Below are positions 21,865 to 34,300 of a stretch of 46,517 bases of DNA, one piece after another. Every line of letters begins with the position of its first letter. The first letter of the stretch is position 1. A program made the translations under genes and the position numbers. The notes beneath the pieces were generated by a model, which ran no database searches, was not told the DNA's origin, and was given only the letters and a program-made list of their open reading frames with translations. Origin of the DNA: Paraspadella gotoi (Eukaryota > Animalia > Chaetognatha); NCBI GenBank assembly GCA_051294375.1, contig CM119269.1, forward strand, positions 19,458,307 to 19,504,823. The letters run 5' to 3'.

Positions 21865-24160
21865 GTTGCCTCGATTGAGATGCCCGGCTGATTGCAAATA
21901 GAAAATCCCCTTCTTTCTCCCTTCTCATTTCTCCGGCTGAATCGGCAAGCGAGATTCTAAAGGAGTTTAAATCTCAAGGTTTCACGGATGAACTCCTTCA
22001 CTCGAGCCGAAAAAAAATCACCCAAATCACCCAAATCACCCAAATCACTAATCCAGAAATTGCTCTGATAATTAAGGTACAAGCGAGGTATTAAAAACAA
22101 ACTAATTTCAATTTTCAAATATATTTTAAAAATAACCCACACCTTGTTCTCATAGTCAAGTGAGGAACCAAATCCACAAACGCATCACCCCACAGGAATA
22201 CTTTTAACCACCCTACCCCACCCCAGTCCCCCACCCTGCTTCACCCAACATTCCTACACCCTATCCTCACCTGGAACTTCCCGTCGTTGGCCCTGAGAAA
22301 CGTGTCGAGGCTCCCGTTCTCCATGAACTCGGTCACGATCATGATGGGCGTCGTCTTGGTGACCACGCCCTCCAAGTAGATGACGTTGGAATCGTCGAAC
22401 TGACCCATGATCGACGCCTCGGTCAGAAAGTCCAGTTTGCTCTTTTCCGTGGATCCCGGTTTTAGTGTCTTAATGGCCACCGTCACCTTGAGAGAGGGGT
22501 GGGAGAGTTTAATGGAAGGACGGTCGCTCTCTCTCTCTCTTCTCCTCTCTCTTCTTCTCTCTCTCTCTCTCTCTCTCTCCTCTCTCGTCTACTTCATCTT
22601 CTCTCTCTCTCGTCTCTGCAATAGCTGGTCTTTTTTTTTCTAACGAGCTCTCTTATTGTTTCTCTCTCTTCCTGAGTCCAAACTCACATTTTTTTTCCTT
22701 TCTTTTTTCTCTCTCGACATTATCCCGTCTTTTCCTTAATTCTTCATTCCCCGTTTTTCCCCCTTCCTTAATTCTCCCCTTCTTTTCCCTCTCCCCATAC
22801 TTTCTCCATTCCTTTCTCTTTCACGAAACGAAAAGCCTAAAAAAAAAAAAAAAATCGAGCGACGCCTGCGGGAATCCCAGGTAAGAAAAGAAAAGAAAAG
22901 AAAAGGAAAAGGAAGGGAAAAAAAATCGCTAATTGGAATTTCAAAAGCGATTAATGGGGCGATAGTGTTTTCCAATTACAGAACCAAGAACGTAATTAAG
23001 CCAATCATTTTCTATTATCTGCCCGAAGGAGGAAGCCCTGGAAAGCTTCACGCTCCCTCTCTATCTTTCTGGGAACTGCTATTGATTTAGGCACATGTAT
23101 ATGTCAGAGATATTATTATTGGTTAAATATTATAATGGTGTTTTCAACAGTCGCGTTTCCTATTTTTTTTCCACGACGGCGAATGTTATTAGCTGCCCCA
23201 TGCCATGGGCCATGGTTGTTTTTTTTTTACCCTTTTTTTTTTTCCGCGTTGACATGCGTCACGAAAGAGTGGACACCGAGTCCGCCCGTAATGACAAAGG
23301 GCGAGACTAAATTGACACGTAGCGTGACTGAATTGACGTGTGGTTCGAAGTGAGCTGGCAAGTTGCTCGACTGAGTTGACATTGGGCGTAACTAAGTGGA
23401 CATTAAACGTGGCCATATCATCTGGAAACGTGTTTGTAGGCGCCAATAAGTCTGAACCGTATTCTGTCACGTTTGATCACGCTTAGTAAAACAAATTATC
23501 GCGGTTAACCAACTCGTGATGTTACGAGAGAAAAAAAATTATTAAAATTATCAAAATTATTATTAAAAATGGTTCCATTTTTCCATTTTGTGACTACTTT
23601 CAGTGAGCGAAACAATTTGTCTCCCTTTTCTCAGCTTTTCTCACCGAAATCCCTCGACTCCATCTCTCCCTTTTATTGCAAATCCTAAACACTCCTTGGT
23701 TCATTCCATCGTTCCTCTTCTTTTTCGCTGCTTTCTAATAATTTTCTTAACTTCAATTAATTCTAACTTTTCCTAACTTCAATTAATTCTAACTTTTCTT
23801 AACTTCAATTAATTCTAACTTTTCCTAACTTCAATTAATTCTAACTTTTCTTAACTTTAATTAATTCCAACTTTTCTTAACTTCAATTAATTCTATCCTT
23901 CTCCATTTTTGTCCTCGTCACCACCGACCTTGTATTGCCTCTCTTTTTTTATTTCTTCTCACTTTTTCAACTTACCATTGCCTTTTCAATCTTCCTCTTT
24001 AATCCCTCTCTTGCCTTCATTTTTTTTTCTGTCTCTTCTTACCTTTTACTCCCTCCTTTTCTCTTAACACCCAAACCACCTCTAGGGTTTTTTTTCTTTT
24101 GTGCTGACTGAAGCAGTTTCCAGTTTTATGGCTGAAAGCCTCGAGAGAAGCGTCCGCTAC

Positions 24161-24212
<52 letters not shown>

Positions 24213-24352
24213 GTCTCCACATTCTTTCCTTTTTCATTCTCCCGATGCTTTCCATCCTTTTATTCTTTAAATTGGTTTCGTTTCCACATTTTTTTTTCCA
24301 CATGGTTATGGCTCCGAGCTTTTAAAAAAAACGCAGCCCGCCGTTGCTCGGG

Positions 24353-24427
<75 letters not shown>

Positions 24428-24540
24428 CTCTCCCTTTCATTTTTTCCCGCTTTTTACGGTAACAACTTTGTTTGGGTCTTGCTGCAAATAACGAGCATCA
24501 ACGCTGCCCGTTTAAAGTTGGAAACAGCTTCTCTCTCTTC

Positions 24541-24621
<81 letters not shown>

Positions 24622-25112
24622 CTCTCACTCTCTTTCCGCTTGCCCGTTTAACGGTTGAAACAGTTTGTCTTTTCCACCGGCAGAGTGCGACGGGTCCCCC
24701 TCCATCATCCTCGTGCAGCGGAAAACCTGATTGATGCTGTTGCGATTTGATTTATTCGCTTCTTGTTGCTGCTGTCGAAGAAATATTGCTCATGCCCTCG
24801 ATGGATGCCGCAACAGCCTCGACGCTTCGCCCATCGCTGCCGTTGACGTTGAAATGTCTTATCTCGTCTCCGTCGAGTCTGACATTTTTTCCCGCCACTC
24901 TCGCGATTTAATCTCTTTTCGCCCGTTGCTGTTGCTGTTTTTGGCGGCGCTGATGTATTAAAAAGGTGGTTTTGTTTATGTTTATTGTTTTCCTCGTCGT
25001 TTTCTCCACACGACGAAATTGAGCTTTATTTTTTTCCTTATTATATCCGCAGAACGTGAGCAGATTTTTATGGGTTTAGCTTCGGTTGCAAAGATTTGAA
25101 GACGAAGACGAG

Positions 25113-25144
<32 letters not shown>

Positions 25145-26357
25145 AGGGCGAGGATGGAAAGGGTGACAACAACGTGGCACCTTAGAGAAATATGATGTTG
25201 CTGAAGATGTTGAAGGTGGTAACGATGACGTTGAGACTAAGGAAGGCAGGAATCTGGATTCTCACTTTCTCTTATTTTTTCTCTCTTACTACTTTCCGAT
25301 ACACCCCTTCCTCTTTTCGGGTAAGATTCGTGTTTTTTTTTTTTCTTTAAGACTTTTCGCCACTCGTGACTCTCTTATTTCTCTCCTTAGGAGACTCTTA
25401 TCATCCTCAACCGTTATTCCTCCCTCCAATCATTCCTCCTTTCTTCTCTTCTTTCCTCCCTCATCTCTTTTCTTTCCTCCACCGTGCCTCCCTCCCACCC
25501 CACCTCACCTCCTTCCTCCCGGGCACCCTGAGCATCCCTTTGCAGACGTCCCCGAACTCTCCGCCGCCGATGACGGCCTCGATGGCGATGGAGGGCGCTT
25601 CGATCTCGCGGGCGAATTCCCTCACGGCCCGCGTGGGGTCCTCGTACATGTGAGGGTCGACGTAAGGCCGCAACAGCCCGCCGGGCACGGTGGCGAAGCC
25701 AGGGGGCAGGCCGTTGGAGAATAGGGGAACGGTGACTTCGCCGTTGCGGAATTCGAGGGTGTTGCATTCTGCGGATGGAAGGGAGAAATGAGAATTGATG
25801 AATTTAATATTGCTCGTAGTAGTAAAATATACCTTATATTACATTGTATTATATTTTATTTTATTTTATTATATTATATTACATTGTAATTTACAAGGTT
25901 TATCTTTTTTTTTCCCCATTTGTTAATTATCAAATTGCGATCGAGGTTTATAATTTTAAAACACAACCTGAGGGAGGCTTCTTGCTACAGTTTTGAGACC
26001 CGCGCACGAAGATGACGACCATGATGACGACGATGAGGAGGCAGATGACGACGGCGACGACGGCACCGACGATGATGCTGACGGGAGGGTCGGAAGACGA
26101 TCTGTGACGAGGGTTGAGATGGAAAGAGAGTTGTGATAATTAGAACTGATAGTGGTGATAGTGTAGTACTATATATGTTACTTTAATAACATTAACGATC
26201 GAACAATGATCTGATATAACATCGATTGAGCTTCTGAAATTGCCTCGGCCTTCAAAATTTCAAATAATCGTTGGTCTGAACAAAGGAAGGCAGCGAATAT
26301 CACCGGAAAGGAAGATAAGAAAATTATGGATTTTATCAAGCAGTAAAGAACGATAGA

Positions 26358-26443
<86 letters not shown>

Positions 26444-28289
26444 AACAGAGATGGAGAGACAAAGACGGAGGAAAATAGAGAAAGAGTGAGAGAGAGAAAG
26501 ACAGAGATAGAGAGAGAGAAACGAGACAGAGAGAGAGATATAAAATCCCTGGAAAAGGTGACTTGATCTCGCGGGGAAGAGAGGAAGGGGAATTTACGAT
26601 TCTTTCCCTGATTGAAATCGACTGAGACTGAGAAATGGCCCGGGGGGGCAGTTTATGGGGGAATAGGGGGCAGTTTACCGGAAAGAGGGGCCAGTTTAGA
26701 TGAATGGGGGGTTGTTTATTGGGAAAGGGGGCTTTTCCAGTCATGGGGGATTAGGGAATCTGGGCGCAGAGCAGAAATGGGTGGTGAGGAAGTTGCTGGG
26801 CCTGGAGTAATCTTCAGTTTTAATCTGAGTCATTACGGACAAAAAAAGTTTGTTCCAAGGTTTATTTAAACTTTTACTCGTGGAGTAAAAAGCATTGGCA
26901 GGATAAAACTTTCAAAGCTGATGATATTTACTCCCGGATCTCGTAAATAATTTCCCGCAACTTTTTTCAACACCTCTTGATCATTGATCAGCCATTTTTC
27001 GAACTATTTTATCAAGTAATTATTAAGTAATATATATTTGAATGATTTATTAACGAAGTTGCTGGTTCTATTTTGAAGGAAATCCGGTTAACGTGTCCAA
27101 AACTGTCCATGTCTCACGACAGATGTCAAGCTTTAAGCCAAACCTCGTGGGTCATCGCAAGCTCGGCCGAAGCTGGTCCCTCGAAAACGTTAAAATGCCT
27201 TAATCGAAAAGCCTTGATGGAAAGTCCTTGTCCCAGGGCGACGTCGGGACGCAACCACGTGTACAAAAGCCCTCGGCCTGGACGCTCCCATTATTTTTAT
27301 ATTGTTTTTTCTCGAGACGCTAAAAAAAAAATAGAAAAAACTAAAAAGGAATTCGGAAGGAAAAAAAAAGAGAGAAAAAAAAATGGAAAAAGCGTAAAAA
27401 GGTCTCGGGTTCTCGATTTAGCTTAGAGAAAAACCCATTGACCTTTTAAGTTTACCGCCGGTTTTTTTTTGTTTTTTTTGTGAACCTTTCCTGGTTTCAC
27501 CGCAGGCGAGAGCGGAGTAAACGGCGTAATTGGGGTAAAGGGGGCGAAGGCAGGGCACATTGTCGAAGGTTTTAGAAGTTAAAATCGAGGTCCCTCGAGC
27601 TAAAACTAAATTTTGACCGACGCTTTTTGGATACGAGGCCAATTTTCTTATTTTTTTTCACGTTCGTTTTTTAATAGGTGGACCGAAAAAGTCGCGACTC
27701 CCAAAAAGATCGATTTCGCCTCCACCAAACTTTGCGATTCCTCATTTTCGTCGCTTCTCTCCGTTTAAGACTTCTTTTCCTTCAACTTCCTTTCCCTCCC
27801 ACTTCTACCAGCTACACTTCAACAAGCTCCCTCCACCCCGGGGCCCCTTTCGTCACACCTCGAGTCTGAGTTGACGATAGAAGAGTCGGCAATGACGTCG
27901 TTGTTGTCGAAGAGAAAAGGAGGAGCGTCTGCTCCGGAGGCGTCCAACGAGGAGCCGAGGTGGCCGCTGCCGCCGGTGCTGACGCCGACGCCGCCCACGC
28001 GGTTGTCGTGGCGGGAGCGTGTTCGGACGCTCACCGCGTCGGCGTACTCGCCCCAACCTTTTGTCGTCTTGCCACGGACCTGGGGGATTTCAGGGGGCGA
28101 AGGTGGGACATTTGGAGTTTTGGACAGTTAAGATATTGTTCATTAATTGAAAGTGCATTCGCATTTTGATTATCTGATTTAGGCTACGGACGACTGAACC
28201 ATTTTCAGTAATTAAAGATATATGAGGTTTTAATAATAATAATAATATCACACGGAACTCGATACCCATTTCTTTCCTCTCTCTCTCTT

Positions 28290-28321
<32 letters not shown>

Positions 28322-31226
28322 CCTCTCTCTCTCCTCTTCAAACTGCCCTCTGGCTGACCTTAAAAACGTATTCCGTGTTGTGCTGCAGATTGCTGAAGGC
28401 CATGGAGGTGGAGACTGCGGTGACTTTGGTGGCGTTGATTTCGTGACCCGCTTGCCAGTAGAGGATCTCGTAGAGTTGGATGTCGGTGGCGGAGTTGCGC
28501 GGAGGGTCCCAGGCGATGGTCACCGCCGTCGGCCCCACGGTCTGCACCTGGAGGCGGCGCACTTTGGAAGGGATGGCCGCCTCAGTGGTCAGGGTCACGC
28601 CGGCCTGGCGACGGACGCCGGATATGTCTNNNNNNNNNNGGGGGGGCGATACCGGTGTTGGAAAATAATTAGAATTAAGTTCGGGAGATTTATTTTCAGC
28701 TACTTGTAACTAAAATTAAAAAAAAGAAATTTTTTCCAAATAAAAATGGAAATTTTAGACTACAAGCTACTCTGGCGTTTTCCTTGTGTCCTTCCCTAAA
28801 ACTAATTAAAACTACAAACGTAACCAAAACAGTTATTTTCCCCTCTTTCCCTTTCGTCTTTAATGCATGGCAAATTTTTTTGCCATACAGTTTAGTAAGA
28901 AAGATCCAAGTGAATCAAGCACGCTGAAATGTGGTCGCAGGGTTACAGTAGAAAGCAGGGATAACATATAAAAAATTCTCACAACCATATTATTTCCTGC
29001 GATTTATCTTAATTTATTCTTCAGATAAATAAAGTTTCTTCATTTCCATTAGCTTACCTAAACTTGATTGTAATTCTGTCGCTTTCGTTTTCTCGCTTTT
29101 CATCCGGGAAGTCCATCCGACAGTCTCCTCTTACTTAACCCGCCACGTTCAGGTTCTTTTTCGAACACTTAACTACTTTTTCTCTCTTTCATCTCTCTCT
29201 CTCTCTCTCTCTTTCTTTTTTTTTACAGCAGTGATGCTAATTGCAGCGTCCAAACACGGGCTCTGTTTACACCCCCTCTTCGGCCCAACGAGACCATGAA
29301 TGTCTTTGCACCTGCGTCAAAAACTGTTTGCTCCTTGTGTCGCTTCACGACGGATTCTTTTCTCACCCCTTTCCTGCTCTCTTCGTCCTCCCTGCCTTGA
29401 CGCACTACGTACTTTTTCTTACCCCTCACCTCCCAGTTTGGGCCCTTCGTGCATCGAGTGGCGAACGCGTTTCCGGATGAGAGAGAAAAAAGGGTAACGT
29501 TCTAGAAATTCTAATCCCGCGCGTACAACGTCATTCGTCGTCGTCGTCCGGTCGTCATGTCGTTGTCGTCGTTTTCGTCGTTCGTCATCCTCGTCGTTCT
29601 TTACGACGAAGTCTTTTTTATTGTTTGTAAGGTCTATTTTTTTTCTCTTGGATATCGTATTCTCTTTCTCGTTCATTAATATGATCAACTCTTTTTTTGT
29701 TTCTTGTCATTCTTGTCATCTTATTCTGTTATATTTTGTTAATCGATCATAAATGGTACATTTTTTCTTACTTCTGGTTTTCTCTTCTATGTACATGTTC
29801 GTTTGTTGTGTCTCCCCCGCCTTTTGTCCAAGTACTTAAGTCTATTACTCATACGTTTACGTTGCGTCATTTAATACAGGTCAGCAGTCTATTTGTCCCA
29901 TTGTTTTGTAGGTCTCGTAGGTCCCTTCAACATTTCCCAATCATTCTGACGATGTCGTTCAACAGCGTATTCGTTTGCCTTTGATAACATTTAATCTCGA
30001 GGTCTTCTGAGCGAATACTCGTGGAAGACGATCACGTATAGTAATCGCGCGTATTGTTTTTTAATTTGTTGCCAATAATGCAATTGAAACAGAGCCACTG
30101 TCACGGACTCCCTTTGGTCTTGCATGAACGAATTAAAAACTGGGACAACTCTCGTTTCACATTACATTCCATCGCGTAATTTGTGCATGCAAAGCATTTC
30201 TCCAGACTCGGCGTTACCCATACTTCCCCCGATCGTTCTAGTTTTCTTTTCTCTAGTTTACGTAATAAGTGTAGGTCAATTAGCTCTCAGAATCCGATCA
30301 CATTCGCTTGCATCCACGCCATTTTGTGCGCGCCAAAGCTAAGGCACTAACGGCATAGTATTATTTGTCTCGTTCGTCGTTCTGTTCGTTCGTTCGTTCT
30401 GGTCGTCGTCTTAAATTACTTAGTTCGATTGTCATAGTGCTGCTTTTTTCTTTTAGCTCAAGTTTGGTGAAAAAAATTGCTCATCTCTTCAACGAAAATT
30501 TGCTCCCTTGCTTCGTTCGTTGGAATATTGGTGGTTTGTTTTTAATGATGAGATGGATGTAGCGGATATTGAGAGACGATTTTTTTTTAGATTGCTGAGA
30601 TGATGGGATGAGAGAGGTAAGAGATCTAGAGAGTGGATGAAGAGAGAGAGAAAGAGAGAGAAAAGAAGATGAATAGATAATAGATAGATAGGAATAAATG
30701 ATAACTTACTTTGCCAGCATTGATTCTCAATATAGACGAAAGACATGATGACAGTCATTCAGAGACATTCCAGTGTCGTGCGCACGTAGCCACGAAACAC
30801 CGTAATGACAGTATAAAGCTCATACTCTATTAGTTACGGTTGTTTGACTCTTTGGTACGTTTTGGTGTGAACTTATGCCGGCCACTTTTTTTTTACGAAT
30901 TAACGCCGGTCTTTTTATTTAGATCGTCTAGCGCCTATCCGCCATAATGTTAAATTCTTGATCGCGGTCGATTAATAACATTATAGTAAGAACAAAAGAA
31001 ACAAAAAAAAATAATAAAAACGAAAACGATAACATTGAATATCATTTCGTCTTCGAAACAATAACGCGTCCTCGATTTTCGCTTTCCGGTCCTCGCCTTA
31101 CGAAGGCAGTTTGCGCCTCCATTATGCGAAGAAGCGGAATATAAGTGCCAACAGTGAGGAAAAGCGCAATTTTCCAATGCAAAGAGAAATTTCTGACGCC
31201 CCGACGCATGTTTTTTTTTTCTTTTT

Positions 31227-31309
<83 letters not shown>

Positions 31310-34300
31310 TTTTTATTTTTTTTGTTTGTTTCCACCAGACTTCTTTTGTTTAGACATGGTCGTCCATTTTTTTTTTATGTTGCAAACCTTTTTTTCATTC
31401 ATTTCCAAACCTTTTGTGTTTTTTTTTATTGTTTTTTTTTTTACCGATAATTAAAATATTGAAAGTACAGCTATGTGAAATCGGATAATTGCTTGTGAGA
31501 ACACAAAGAGAGAGAGAGGGAGGGAGAGAGAGGGAGAGAAGAGAGAGAGAGAGACGAGAGAGCGAGAGAAGGACCGGAAAAGAGGCCGCCTGTTCCGATT
31601 TGTGGTTGTTAAAACGAGTCCTTTTTGAACTTTTTGGTTTTTTTTCTGAATCCTTTTTATTTAAAATTAAATCTTACTTATATAGTTCTTTGATACCTTT
31701 ATTCGGTGATGCAATCTTTTTCTTTTTTATAATTGATTACGATGTGCGACGAAGAAATAAAGAATTCCCGTCGGAAATTGTGTCTTCATCTAATCCTTGG
31801 ATATTTTTTTTATATTTTTATTGACGGGAGACGAGGACAAAAAAAAGAACCGGAAGTGAAGAGAGAGAGAGATGGATGTTGATTGATGTGAGACTGAGAT
31901 AGAGAGAGAGAGAGACAAGGAGTGGTTGGTGATGATTTGAAGAAGGGATGTGTTTTTGGGTTCTTCTTGATTCCGGCCTTTTCTCTATTGTGTTAGCTTT
32001 GTTTGTTTGGTTTTAGTTCGAGTCTTGTTTATTGTTCTTTGTCTTTTTGTTCGTATTTTTTTTTTGTGCTTTTTTGTTGGGATTTTTGGAGCATTGAGTG
32101 AGTTTGTTTTTTTTTTGATTGAGTAATTTTGTTTGTATTTTCTTCTTTGATCTTTTTTTTATTTTTTCGTTTTATTAGTTATAGACGTTATTTTGTCTTT
32201 TTTTTGTATTTATTTTTCTTTTTCTTAGCTTTTAGTCTAAGTATTCTCTTCCTGTTGAGACGATGTTATTTTGATTTTTTTGCTGTATGGGCTTTTTTTT
32301 GTTTGTTCGTATGTTTTTGTTGAGAGTAGTAAGTTTTTGAGTCTATTTTCTCTTTTTCTTGTCGATTTGTTTTTTATGATGTTATGTGGAGTTAGCTTTA
32401 AAAGTAAAGAATAAATGAAATTTTTGTTTGTTTTACATTGTGATGCCGATTTTTTGGTATGATTTGTAGAGAGTTTCAGTATTGATTGATTTTTTTGGAG
32501 TCATTTTTTTGGGAAAGCCTGTATGGTTTTTTTTTTGTATTTTATTGTATTTGTTAGGGAGAAAATGATGAATGATTAATATTCGGAAGAGTGAAGAGTA
32601 GATGAGAAGGACCGCTATGCACTCATTATGAGTCGAATACTTTTTTTAATTTTTAGATTTGTCTGTTATTTTTTGGTTTTTTTATTATTATTTTTGTTTA
32701 TCGGATTGTTGTGTGACTTGTAGAAAACGCTCTTTGCATTTTTAGAAGTTGATTTGATGAGATTGATGAGGAGAGAGGACTCTCGACCGTTTTGTTTAGA
32801 ACCTGATGAAATTAGAGTAGGAGATTTTCTCTGACTCATCTGACGAAGAGATGAACTGTTTTTGTGAGAGGTAGTGACTCTTATGTTAAATTGAAGAGAG
32901 AGCCTATCTATTTATTCTCGAATTCTGTCTTTTCGAGTTGCGAAGAAGAGAGAGACGACGAGTGAGATGGGAAAAAAAATCGGATTAATCCAGAATTGAA
33001 AGAATTATGTTGACACAAAGTTGTGTAGTATGGACGACAACGACGCGACGACGACGACGAAAAATGAATCGGATCGGAAAAAGAATAATATAGATATCCT
33101 CAATAACAGAGGACAAACATGATTGTACTAGATACGTGACGAAGACTGACTAAAATAATAGACGAACAAAGATAGACGAAGATGACGGAAAAAGACGCCA
33201 AGAGAGTTCTCCAGTCTTTTGCAAAGCGTATAGAGAGTATGATGACGACGACGTGTATGAGATTGATGATTGATTGATGCATGCTGTATTGATGATGTAC
33301 CGACGAGATCTCATTCGATCATTTGGATCTGTTTTAAGCAATTCGTCTTTGTTGGTCTTTCGTCACTCACGTCCGGACGACGAAAATGCGTGCAGTATCT
33401 AGCAATGCATTTCATTAGTCACGACTTAAGGTTAAACTAGGAGCACATTAATCAATAATCTATGCTTTTGTTATTACTTTACTTCAGTATTTATTATATT
33501 ATATATTATTATATTTTATTATATTATTTATTTATCTATTAATTCATTATTTATTTTTTTTACTTACTCTTAGATTATTTACTCTATTTATCTTCATATT
33601 CTTTATTTATCTACTCTCCTTTCATTGCTCTCTATTTATATATTTACTTTTATTATTTTTTTTTTTATTTATTCATTCCTGTTCCTTTCTTCTTTCTTTC
33701 TTTCTTTCTTTCTTTCTTTTTCTCTTTCTTCTTTCTTTTCTTTCTTTTCTTCCCATCTTTCTTACTTATCTTTTCTTCATTCTTTTCTCTTTTTTACTCT
33801 CTTTTGGCGAACTAATCTCTTAATTGATTCAAAGTTTGTTTTTCTTTCTATATACATAACGTTTCTTCACAGCTTGCAAAATCAATTCGATTGACAGTTT
33901 TTTCCCTCGCCATCACCCGCGATTCACGACGTGGATACAAAAGTAAATAAAATATGAAGAAGTTATTATATTACGCCAAAACAAAAATAAAAGCATATAC
34001 TTCAGCGAAAAGCTGAGAGAGAGGGGAGTAGAAAAGAATAAGAGACGAGAGAGAGAGAGAGAGAGGAGAAAGAGAGAAGAGAGAGAGGAGAGAGAGAGAG
34101 AGAAGGAGGACGAGCGACGGACGAGAAAAGACCGCCGAGCGCAGAGAGACGCGATTACTTGGCGAGATGTTTTTTACTCTGAAAAAGCTGAATAGGGCTT
34201 TTTTTCGAAAAAACAGTTGTACCCGCGACCGCCCCTGAAAAGTTTTATTCTCTCTTCTCTCGTTGGATTACCTTATGCCGATGTTGTGACACCCTATTGT

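Noticed and set aside
20110-25185. Identical 12-mer gtggcaccttag near 20110 and 25174 as transposon termini
   Set aside because: Same orientation, too short, no flanking similarity or TSD, and they bracket an Eph exon.
26918-26950. CTGATGA followed by a stem (tatttac/gtaaata) as a second hammerhead
   Set aside because: Lacks the GAAA box and the NUH cleavage triplet.
29480-33840. Poly(T) plus T-skewed region as a retrotransposon tail, with faint inverted similarity between about 29500-29700 and 33030-33400
   Set aside because: No RT/endonuclease ORF or TSD, and the similarity is too weak to verify by eye. It looks like low-quality gap-fill sequence.
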